This document shows, piece by piece, positions 1 through 12,500 of a stretch of 64,000 nucleotides of DNA (the stretch's first letter is position 1; each line of letters begins with the position of its first letter). The stretch is from Owenia fusiformis (Eukaryota). Both the position numbers and the translations under genes were made by a program. Where the stretch lies: positions 41,044,001 to 41,108,000 of the forward strand of contig CAIIXF020000001.1 of the NCBI GenBank assembly GCA_903813345.2, in the 5' to 3' direction. The notes beneath the pieces were generated by a model, which had not been told where the DNA came from, did no database searches, and saw only the letters and a list, made by a program, of their open reading frames with translations.

Positions 1-513
1 TGGAAAGTCATCCCAAGTGTCTGATCGATCCAGGTTTTGAAAAATGGATAAAAATTAAGCATGTTTGGTGACTGTTTTTAAGACACCTGGACACATTTTC
101 CTCGAGGCAAGATAATCATTATTAAAGATAATTATATAGGGAATACAAAAGATATTCGAAAAAAAAAACATTTCCAATTTAAAAAAGATAATATTTTCCA
201 ACATTAACCACCGGTCAAATCACGGGTCAAAATCAGGGATAAAACAAAACGTCCCAATTTAGTAAACTACATTGACTCTTAGAATTTTTTATCAAACTTT
301 TGCCTCATTTTTGATAAAATTGTTTCTTCTCCAAATGTGAGGCCAACAAATAGTGCCATTTTCCACAATGAAATCAATGAATTAAGTGCACAAGGTTACA
401 TAAATGCATATCATCAACACATTTGTATAGATGTTAAGCAGCCTAGAGAGATCATTGATTTGATATGCCACATGTTTAGCTCTTGCACTGTTTTTTTTTA
501 TTATTACTTCCAG

Positions 514-3500
514 TCCTCTTGGAGAGAGTATTCCTCAGATTAGGATCATGTGAGACAGATGAACAGCTTCAGTCAAACCTTGCCAAGTTTCTTGTACCAT
601 GTCTTTCAAAGATATCCAGTGAGTTTGAAAATGTGAGAAAAAAGGTATGGTGGATTTTGTTTTACTTCTCTAGAAAATGATGTCATTGAAACATACTGTT
701 ACATAGTGCCAGTACGAGCCATATCCCATGAATAATGTAGTATGACCATTTTTCATTAAAGAAGTATAATTTCTTTTGAGTAATTCCTCTGTAATTGTCA
801 TGTACTGTAAAGCCTGTGGAAATATAAAATACATGTATACTTGTATAGAGTATATTCTGAAAATTTAATTCACCAAAGACACATTTAACTGTAATTGCTA
901 TTCTTTATATTCCTTGGACTACTTCATTGTAGGTGATGGAGTTACTGACTCATATTAACAAAAGGGTTAAGAGTCGTCCTAAGATTCAGCTACCTGTTGA
1001 TGATCTCCTGAAGCAGTATATGAGTCCAGATGCAACAGCGTTCATCACAGTTAGTGATATACATTTTATTTTATGTACTTGATTTTAAAACATGTCAATG
1101 ATCCTTAAATACATCAGAAGCTATCAACTCACCCATGATTGTATTGATTATATGTACCTGTACATTGTATATTTTTAACCTTTTCAAAATTAAATTCTGC
1201 TTTTTAAGAATAGCCTCATCTTCACACAGAATTAATCAGAATCTGAAATAAATGAAAACTAGATCCATATCCTCAAGATGATATATACATGTACATTTGT
1301 TTCAAAATGTGTACCTTCTTTGCAGAATTTTACAATACTCTATGTTAAGATGGGAGTTAGTCGGTTGCCACCCGAACAGCAAGGGGCTTTGGTGCCAACA
1401 CTCTTCAACTGCTTAGAGGGTAAACCTAAACCACAACAAGACTGGTAAGACATACATTGTTAATACTGTTATTGGTGACTGTCTCATTTATCAATACTTT
1501 CTTCATTTAATCATTTTTGTTTGGTGTTTCAGTAATGAAATCTCTAAAAAGTGTTACCATCAAATTTTCTTAAAAAAACTCTCAAATCTGAATTGTACTT
1601 ACTCATTAGACCAAAAACAATTGGAGTAAAACTGCATTTTGATCAGTCAAAAAAGTTACTATGCATGTCTAGCTATGTGAGAAAATGTCAATGGTGAATC
1701 ATGTGAAAATTTGATCACATCTTGAAATTCCAATGACATTTTTTCATATACATGTCACCAATTGAAGTACATGTATATGTATTTTCCAGTATTCTTCAAC
1801 TGATGATCACTGCAATTCAGTATATGAAAATACCTGAAGACCCGGCTAAAAGCAAAGTTCTTCTACCTTTACAAGACAAACCACAGTTGACAAAGAATTT
1901 GCTTGCGTACATGTTGGATGCTCTCCTTTTACCATACGGGTGAGCTATCTTTGTTCAAATTGTTAGTTAGGATGTTTATGGCAAGATGAATACTATGTTT
2001 ATTATAGGATTGATAAACACTATGCAGTATATAAGTTTTATAAATATGAATGATTACATTATTATAATTATTAATTGATGGATGTAAATCAAAATTTGAT
2101 TGTGCTTGCAGGTGGACTGGTCAGAAGGAGGGTGCTCCCACAATGTCTGCACCCCCAGGTCTTACAACCAGTTCATACAAGGCTCTCACTGCTGAGGGTA
2201 TACCTGAACCAGATGCATTGGAAAAGGTATATAACAATATAACAAAGTTTAAACATATAACATGGCTTTAAACACTTTGTTTATCTACATCTGTGGAGAA
2301 ATAAAGTTTTTGCAAATGAATGATACAAATATTTTCAAATGCATAATACACTGAAATCTTTTTATTATATTATATTGAAGTACAAGGAAAATATATTATC
2401 CATCCATTCATTTATGCCTGTTGCAAACATATGATTTGAGATTTCAAGCTTTAGAGATATGAAAGTTGATGTGAAAATGACCACTGTATTTTCATTGACA
2501 ATTGAAGAAAAGTAAATAATCAATCTTTTTGGTTTAATTTAATTGCAGATAAAGATCGGATTATTAAAACTCCTTGGTGCAAATATGCTACCAGAACATG
2601 ATGTGGTTTGTCTTTACACAGTTGCAACAGCAGATGCTCGTCATAATGTTGCAGAAACTGCAGATAAAGAACTGAAAAGAATATCAGGCAGTGTTGACTG
2701 GAATAATATGGCTGTGATTAGTAAACTATTTGCAATCTATCAAGGGACTGTAGTTGTCAAAGGCAAACCAAGCCCTATCAAACCAGAACATATAAGATTA
2801 CCAGTCAACATAAGAGTCAAGCTGAAGATTTTTCCATATTTCTTAAGATCCAGCGAATCTGCCAATCACTTTCCAGCATGCATTCAGGTATGTATTTCAA
2901 ATGTTTTTATGTTCTTATTTTTTATATATCATCCTCTATTGAGAGGGAATGTTAGGTTTTCTGTATCCACTTACTCTAAAGTGTCTAGCTCTATTGTAAT
3001 TATATTAATATGTAAAGCAACTCCCTTGGACATCTTGAATGTGATCATCCCATCATAATGTGGAGAATACTTTTTGAGATGCAAATACATTTGATTATCC
3101 TGATTGTCATGCCATGGTATACAGATTCTGTGCTACACTTTCACTGTACTGTCATATTTTCATCATTTTCTCTTGAACATAACTTAGTTAAAACACCATA
3201 TGCTACCAAGTATCATTTTATAAAAACATCATTGAGTATATTATAAATTATTCTAAAATAGTACTTACTCTACTCAAATTATTGAATAACTTCTAATATT
3301 TTTGAGGGGTCCTCAGGGGTTCCTAAGGGATTAATTCAGCTCCTTTTGTAAACATCACTGAATACACCCTCAGAAATACATGCAGATAAAATGCTCACAT
3401 CATTCCATGGCTTTATATTTTCAGGTTCTTTTTGATGCTTTGTTTGGAACAGATACCAATGCCAAACTGAAGTCTCTTGGAGTGCAGTATGTCCATCATA

Positions 3501-6500
3501 TATGCCTACAGTAAGTGTACTGTAACAACTGATCTCTCTCTCTCCCTACGTATGTCTTGCAAAATAATTATTATACATTTACTTGGTTAGGGACAGACAA
3601 TGTAATTTGAGGTTGGGTGGCTTATTGCTAAAATGTGTTCAAAATAATTTCTCCTATATGCACAAAGCTTCCAGAAAGCTTTGTTGAATTACCAATTTTT
3701 TCTGTATGTTAAAACAACCAAATCTACTAGTACCAGTGTGTAAAATACGATTTTAATTTCAGTGCTTCAGATGCCAAATTCAATCCGATCGCTGGTGTAT
3801 TAATGAATGGAATGATCAAACTGGTGAAGAATTCTTCTGAGGTAAGTTATATTCACTGATGAATGAGGCGTTTGAAGAGGAAAAATCACTGGTCTAAAAA
3901 ATAAGTAAATTTCAGTAATAAGGAACAAAATACCCAACAATTTGTGTCAATTCTCCATCTATATTTTGTAATATACAAGTAGGTTCTCTAAAAAAACTTG
4001 TAATTAACAAAAGTCATGGAAGATCAGTATAACATTTCAAGGTCAATGCCAACTTGAACCAGTAAGGTCAATATAAAGGACTGTATTTAAGGCTTTCAGA
4101 ATCTTGCAGCGTGTAGTAATAGTATTTTAAAAATCATATGTATGATAATATAATATTGTATTTGATTACAGAACAGTAATATTCGAGGAAGGGCCTATGT
4201 AGCAGTTGGCAAGATAGGAAAGAGAGCTCCTAACCTAGTGAGCAAAGATATAGCTTTACTTCAGCAGTTCTTTGATGCTATAACTAAAGTAGGTTACAGT
4301 TTTTCATAATCTCTATCATGGTTTTGAATAGGAAGCAAAAAGCACCAAATTTTATTGAAAAATTAACCTGAAATAAATAAAACATTTTAAAATGATGAAG
4401 GGTTTTCAATTCAAATCAAGGGCATACAAATGGGTGGTTACATACTATACATGTGTATTTCATACTTGAGTGGGTTTGGGGTAGATATCACCCGGGAATA
4501 TATATCATATCTGAGGAGCGGGCAGGATATATTGTATATGTCCCGCTCCAGGCCAAATGCGGGCAGATATAATATATCCATCCCGCTCCCGGGAATTTTT
4601 TCAAAAGTTTAAAAATTTTAAAAATTTAAATACACATATTTCCCTTGGGATAAACCCTGTATCCAAAACCTCCCAGTACATAACCCTTATATATGCAAAT
4701 TGTTCTGTCAGGTATAAAGTGAAAACATTGTCTAGTTCTTACAGAATTAGTAAATCTATTCTGGAAATAGGATTTTTCAACTTCGCCAATATTTCTTAAT
4801 TACCAATGGGCAGTGATCTATCAGGACATCATTATTTAGTTTGGTAGTCGTCAGTTACACTCAACATATTTAAGAAAATACCTTTGCAAATAATATTTCA
4901 ACTTGAGGTATAATTTGATATCTTGGTGCTTTTAAATAATGCAGACAGTAGATCTTATTGTCTTAATATTTTCTACTCTTAATATACAATACATGTATTG
5001 TATCCTCTGTTTAGGAAGAGGGAGAGCTGAAACTTGCTATACAGGAGGCTCTATCAATGATGTCTAGTGCCTTCAAAGATCTCTCTGGAACAAATTGTGC
5101 TCTAATGGAGGCACTCATTCTACAGAATATTGAAAAGGTATGTCATTATTTTAACCAGAGTGTTGATAATCTATACACCAATGAGTCCAGATGGTTCACA
5201 TAAAAGTCAGTCAAAGGTCTTATTTTTGAATTGGGCCATGGAAGTTGCTTTGCCCAATGGTGTAGTGACTTAGTACAGCCATCATCAATAATAAGCTATG
5301 TGCCATCTGCTTAGTGATTTGTCAGCCATTTTGCTCAGATAACGGGTTTCTTGTCATCACCAAGTAACAGTGACATATTGTTATTGCCAACATTTTTTGT
5401 GATAAGTCCTTGAAGTTGTGATAAGTGTTTGAAGTTTTTTGAAGTTGGCAGTTTGAAGTTTTTCAACTGTAACAAGTTGTCACAGCTTTGTAACCATTTC
5501 CAATAACTTACCAACTGGTAACCATAATGCCATGTTTAAAGTGCATTCTTCATTTGTGATGCTTGTTTTTAGGTTGAATCACAGGCACGATTGATGTCTG
5601 TTCAGTATGCTAGCAATGTGTTCCCATCTTATCACATCCCTTCAACTTATGTACTATTATTGGCAGCCGGAGACAGGTAAGTACATTTAATGACCCAGTC
5701 ATGCATGTGAATACCACATTTTAAATATTAACCTTGGTTCGTTGTAAAGTTACTGAATATTTATGTAAATTGAAATAAGCAGAAAACATAGAAAATTAAA
5801 CTTAAAGTTATATTTAGTTTATTGTGATTAACTGTACATATTTTTTGAATCGCGTCATATTAATTTTCAGTCAAGATGATATAAGAACAGAGGCTATCAA
5901 AGCTCTGTATGGTGTTGGACAGAATGAAGGGGGAGAAAAACATAAAGACAGAGATGACCTTCCAGATTTCTCACAACTTGTAGTGTATCTAGCACAAAAG
6001 GTATGTTAATTTCCTTTGATAATTGTACTACCTAGAATGATTTATTCAAACATTTTATTCAAATATGAATAAAAATTGTAAATAATACCGCTCATAATCA
6101 TTGTACTATATAGTTAAAACAAATGAGTTTTTTGAATCATAAATAATTTGAAACAGATTGTTCATGAAGCTAGTCAACATGCTATGCATTTCAACATGTT
6201 ACATTATTATTTTTTGTTATTATCAATACTTATCAATCACTCTCCTAGTTGTATCCATTATTGATATTCCATCAAATGAACACCTTAATATCTTGAACAC
6301 TTGAACTTGCTCCATTATGAGAGAATGCCTACACTATAATACAAAAGGTTTTAAACAAGATATCTGCCCACATTTTCTGTGTCACACCCCCATTAATAAG
6401 TCAGTGCTAGGGTGCTACTCACACATTCCAGGGGACCTACTATAGACCAAACCAAATTAAAAGAAGTAAAGATACATTTTCAAGTTGCATATCCTATTTG

Positions 6501-9500
6501 TTTGAAGTTATCGTAATTGTGTTTCAGCATCTCTGAGTTGAAATCAAAAATGAACAACTATCTAAATATTTAAAGTGCATTAATTGTTTACACTGGATAT
6601 CTAGCTAGAAATGTCAACAGATTGATATGATCATAAACATGTATCAACTGAGAACAATAGAAGTACTATGTACACTGTAAGCTATAACTCTCATTTGTAT
6701 AAATGAAACAGTTTGGAAATAGAATTATAATATAATTCCAATGCCAAAATACATTTTCTCTTGACAGCATGCATTTGTACAAGGGGCGATCCATATATTC
6801 TAATAAAAGAGCTCTCATTTTGTGATTTTTTCATATATCCCTCTCATTTTTTCAGAACAAATAGATTATGTAATTACACCTACAATGCCAAAATAGTATA
6901 GCTATATCTAAAATTAATTCAGAGATAGGTTGCCATGGTAACCCGTAAATACCGATTGACCGATTTTGTTAAAATTTTATTTATGCTTTATTGGAGTAGG
7001 ACCTCTGCTCAAAAAAAATTTTTCAATATGGCCACTTTTGTAAAAAATGTAATCGTTGATAACTCAAATACTAGATATAGTAGACAGATTTGATTTAAAT
7101 TTTATATGCTGATGCCTAGGGACAAATGAACTTTGTATATGAAGAGATTTTCAAGATGGCTGCTGAATTTCAAAAATACCAGTGAATGTATTTGGTTCAA
7201 ATCTTATATACTGATAAGGACACAGTAGCTTTGTTGGAAAAATAATTTTTAAGTTGGAGGTTGTATTTCAATAAAGCCATTTTTTCGTAAAAAACATAAT
7301 CCTTGATAACTTAAATACCAGTGGATGGATTTGATTCAAATTTTATGTGATGATATGCTCTGTTCAAGAAGAAATTTTCAAGGTGGCCACTAATTATCAA
7401 AATATGTTTTGTTCAGTGGGATTTGCTACTTCATGGAGTTGCTATTTTCTAGTTGAGGTCTGTTATTGAGGTCTGTTATAAACAGTTTTGAGACAAATTT
7501 TCAATTGTCAAGCTAAGCACATAAATGATTGACAAATCAGTCTCAATAAAATTGTCTTTTATTATCTGTTTATAATACAGTAGAATTTCTTTGTTATGAA
7601 TAGCATTTATCTGTTTTCCGTTTTCCCTGTGTTATTCTGTATAATATTATCATCTCTTCTTTGCTTGCACTTATTTTACTTGATGGGCACTCATATCTGA
7701 TATATTCTGGATAATATGCATCACATTCAACATCTTGGCTTGCACATGTTTATTCACTATTATGACACTCTTGCGTAAATGGGCATGGATGGTCTTCACC
7801 TGTAATTCAAGATAAATGTACTGTGAATAAACATTATTTTGAACTTAACCGCATAATACATTCTCTTCACAAGATTAAGAACATTGTTAAAGTGGTAGGC
7901 TATAGGAGGTAGCCATTTTGGATTTGGCATTCTGGGTAGATTTTTGAGTTGCCATTTTGGATTTTCTGTCCTAAAATCTTGTTTGTAAAAGTCTTGTTTA
8001 CACATTTTCACCCAAGCTTTTAATTAACTGTATAAAATTTCAAGGATGCTAATTGGTATAAAATGGTTGTCATTTGGGATTTTCGGTACTAAAATTTGTG
8101 TTGACCTTTCGTAATATTTATTCAAGAATGCAATTTTTTGTTATTATAACATGAATGATAAACTGGCTTACCCTGTGTACAAATTTCCTTTACAAGGTGT
8201 GTTCCTCCTAATAATAAGTCTTCCTCTGAAAATGTTCCCTCGGTGAAGTCAATGATGTGACAAGCTTTAGGATCACTAGCAACATGGATCCATTCTCGTT
8301 TACACCCATCAACAAGACCCTTGTGGTTTGGAAGCCCTTTAAAATAGAAGTCCTTCATTGTGTATATTCTTTTATTTATTTCAGTGTACAGTTTTCATTA
8401 TCATTCTGTCTGAGTTCACACTAGCCATTCCCAGTTAGAGGGATACCAATTTACTCGTTGAGTGGCCTGTGCTGAATAGGGTGTAAAAGTTGCCATAAAT
8501 ACCAAAATCAAATGTGACCTTTTTGTGACATCAAATTTTACCTCTAAACATGACATGTGAACATTAGTCCTGGGAGGCCTTTGATAAAACATTGCAAAAA
8601 TATGAAGTGTCTATATATTGCATTTTAGTTTGACCTCTGTGATATTAAACATGTAATCTGGTACCCCAATATGTCATTTCCATATGACCCTTTAGGCTTT
8701 TATCATGTGCTTTTATCAACTTTTATCACATTCTTTCTCTAGCATGATCTTCCAGGACTTTTAGAGAGGGGAAATGACTTATTTTAAAAAGGATGAAATC
8801 TTACCATAAACATAGATTTCCTTTCCGGCATCTTTAAGGTCCTTCGCTGCAGCTATAGTTGCAGTAGGAGGATCAGAAACAGTTCTTGCATTACATTCCC
8901 ACGTTCTTCCATCAGTTGCTATGATAACTATTTCACGTACTTCAACGCTATTCCTACCATATAGGGAAAATTGTTTATGTGCCTCTTTCAATGCATCTGC
9001 TGTGTTAGTATATTTACCTGTTGCATGGGGGATACCCTTCACACACTTTATCAGACCAGTGTGATTATTTGCCCCAAGGTGGCAGTGAATATATACAGGG
9101 CAGTTGTATGTGAGGATGGCAAATCTGAGTCCGGGGCCGGGTGGTGCAAGGGGCAATATCTTGTATTTTAGAGCCATAATAAAATCTTCAAAGAATTTTA
9201 GAACGTTTTCTATGTCTGGCAGAAGAATGCTCTCTGATCGATCAATTATTATCACAACATCAGCATTACAACAATGTGCTACAAGAACAAACAATTGCAA
9301 ATATCAGTTCTTGTAGGTTTAGATTAATATATAAACCACAAATGAAAAACAGAAATTGTTTGTTTCTATTTCATTAACTATGATAGTTAAATAGACATAG
9401 AAGTTCAACCAATGCTCTAGAACATTTCATAAGTGAATGCAAAATGTGTTTAAATGTAAAGATAAGATACGAGGGAGATAAACCAATTGGAATTTTGATT

Positions 9501-12500
9501 AGACTCCTTATGTGCACAATGGTTCAATTGATTCTATAACAAAACATATAATATTCTATAGACTTAAAAATTTTAAAAATCCTTAATGTCACCCACATGT
9601 AAATTCACCCATTTAACCTTTTATTTGAAATATCATAGATTTTGTTTTGTACTTACGACATATTATAGGATCACCCTCCTTAGTTATTCCTTCAACTGCT
9701 GGTATTTCTACTGCATGTGGATTGATATTAAGATTTTTAATGTGGATGTAGTTTAAAATGTTTGTGTTGTCAAACTCCAATAGAGTCCATTCGTCAGAAG
9801 CATAGGAATAGTCTCCTACTTTGAATGCACGTCCAGCTGTGTTTGGACATTGTTTAACTTCTAGTAATTTTGGTATTACAGTAGTAATTTGATAGGTTTT
9901 GTCAAACTTTGAAATGAAGCTCAGACCATCTGTATAGGTGACAATCACATCTGGCACAATATCTCGGCTATTTTCATTCTTCTCTTTCAACTGTTTCTTG
10001 CACAAATCAAGGGCAGTTGGGAGTTGGGCTTGACAATCATCACATTTTCTTGGAGGTTTAAATTTCTTTATAAGTTGTTTTTTGGCATCTGTCCAGTCAA
10101 TGAATTTCTTGGCAGTTTTGCTATATATTATAATTGTATAGCAGCTTTGATTCCCAACGTTAGATATAATTCTATTTATGTCTTCAATAATCTTGTTCAG
10201 TACTCGTTTATTACTTGGACATGAAATCTGCACTATGAAGCACAAATCTGTGCGACTTTGATCTAAAATCATATTTGAATACGATAGTTTCTTTATTTGT
10301 ATAGCATAGAATATTTCTCATTTGGTAATAATGTGCTCAATTACATTGCCACTATGGTAACTGAATGAAGTTATGAGGTAATCATTGTCCTATGATGATA
10401 GGTGTGTATATTTACTATTGAATAGCATATTTAAATTTATACCACTCTAAGTCCAATTACAGTTGTATAACATGGGTCTATAACAACGATATACAGTGGA
10501 GAATGGTATATCGTCATTGTATACAACTCCTCCGTATACACTCCAGCGTATACCACTGTAGAAGTGCATTCTGGGAACTAATGAAAAAAAAAATCATGAA
10601 AATTTTCATGATTTCCTAGAATCAAGTGACGTCATAAATGGATCAGGCATGATTTGCTAGAATCAAGCCACGTCATAAATGGTTCGAGGTCAACATCAGC
10701 ATTATTGAGTTGGCTATGGGATATTTTTATGGTTTTTAATTGTTATGATTGTGTTCGAATCAACTGTAATTGAACTTAGAGTGGCATAATAAGATTATAT
10801 AATGGTTCATTCTGTATATCGTGCATTTTATACTCTTGTGAGAATATAATATATTCACTCGTTCGCTACGCTCACTTGTGAATATATTATATACTCACTC
10901 GAGTATAAACACGATATACAGAAAGAACCATTATATAACCTCATATGATCTGTTGCTCATATTTTGCAGTTTTAATGATCAATATCTGTAACAAATTATT
11001 ACACTTTTGGTTTCACAATTTTATTTTGTCATGCCTAATCATATCAGATTAATCTATATATCACACAATTGTAAGCTCTGTTGATAGGGGCCCTGCATGT
11101 GATCAAGACAGATATACAGAGGCCAATTCAGAAGTTCTGATAAAAATGCTGTATCTTTTTCTTAAGTAAGTAGGAAATCACTTGAAATTTTTACGCAATT
11201 TATATAATTTATGTGCATATACAGCAGAGAATTTTCAGGATGATTTATTGATCAAACTTTCTGTAATCACACTTTTCCTCCCCCCTGTTAGGGGCACTTC
11301 GCCCAGGATTTGAGCTCATATTGATGTCTTAACTCATATTGAAAATTCTATCTAAATTTTTTATATCTTATGAGGGAATAAATGACCCAGTTACTCTGAA
11401 AATATTGTGGAAAACGAATGATAAACTTTTAAGTTAGAGTATTTTTATCAGAACTTCTGGATCGGCCCTTGTATATGGTCTGGGTGGCAGTTTTGTGGAC
11501 CAATTCATTAACTGAATATCATATACTCGTATATATGATGTTTTTTGAGAATCCTAATCCATACAGAACTCAAACTGTGTAAAAACTACCTACCACTGTC
11601 ACACAAAGATCCCTCATCCGATCGACAAGTTTGATCAAAATAACCATCTGGAAGTTCAAATCCACTTCTTCCTTGGATTGCCTTGGCCTCTTTAGATAAA
11701 ATCTCATCAGGGGTTACACTGCCTAAAATCTTCAGCAGTCCCTTAAAGTCTATACCATTTACTGTGTGGGATAGAAGCCCCAGGCCGAGAAAAAGCCAAC
11801 ATACAGTGACAAATAGAGACATTTCTATTACAAACCTAAATGGAAAAATGATTGAATCACTGTTATTATGTAATGTTAAAATATCATAAAAAGTAACAAA
11901 TGTAGTAAGGATATATATTTGAACACATTGATGAATTGGTAACTAATCAAGAATAAACTACAACTAACTAACTGTTATAAAAATGTTTTGGCATGAATGA
12001 TCATTTAAATGTTAATGCATGTGATGTGTTTCTTTGTATTTTCTTTGTATATTTGCGAACCTCATGAGAGTAAGCATTTGTATGTCTTGATGCACATTTC
12101 ATGGTTTATAGATGGAAGTTACTATTGAGTCAAAGGAACCCTTCTTATATATCTGATTATACATGAAAGAAAAGTCTTTCTGATTCTACTGGAAAGCTAA
12201 CTATAACATCTGAGCATACTTGGCAGATATGTTATGGCAGGGGATATTTGTAACATCCATGGATTAGCAAACATATTTATTTATCAATAATTTACTATGA
12301 TTATGCAAAAAAACATGGGAATCTTCATGTGTTTTAGTTTTAAGTGACAGAATTAGTATTTCAATGGCAATAATCAATTGATTAAAATTATAAATCTTTG
12401 GAATAATTCTTTTATAGAAAATCTAATGAAACATTCTTCAAGTCTATGATGCAAATTCTTGTATTTTGGAGTTATTGGTATTTTTGCATAATCAGTTCAT

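Noticed and set aside
337..513. ORF-track starts at 337 and 483 as the ECM29 N-terminus
   Set aside because: Both are non-ATG starts, and a pyrimidine tract with AG at 512-513 marks an acceptor, so the true start exon is elsewhere.
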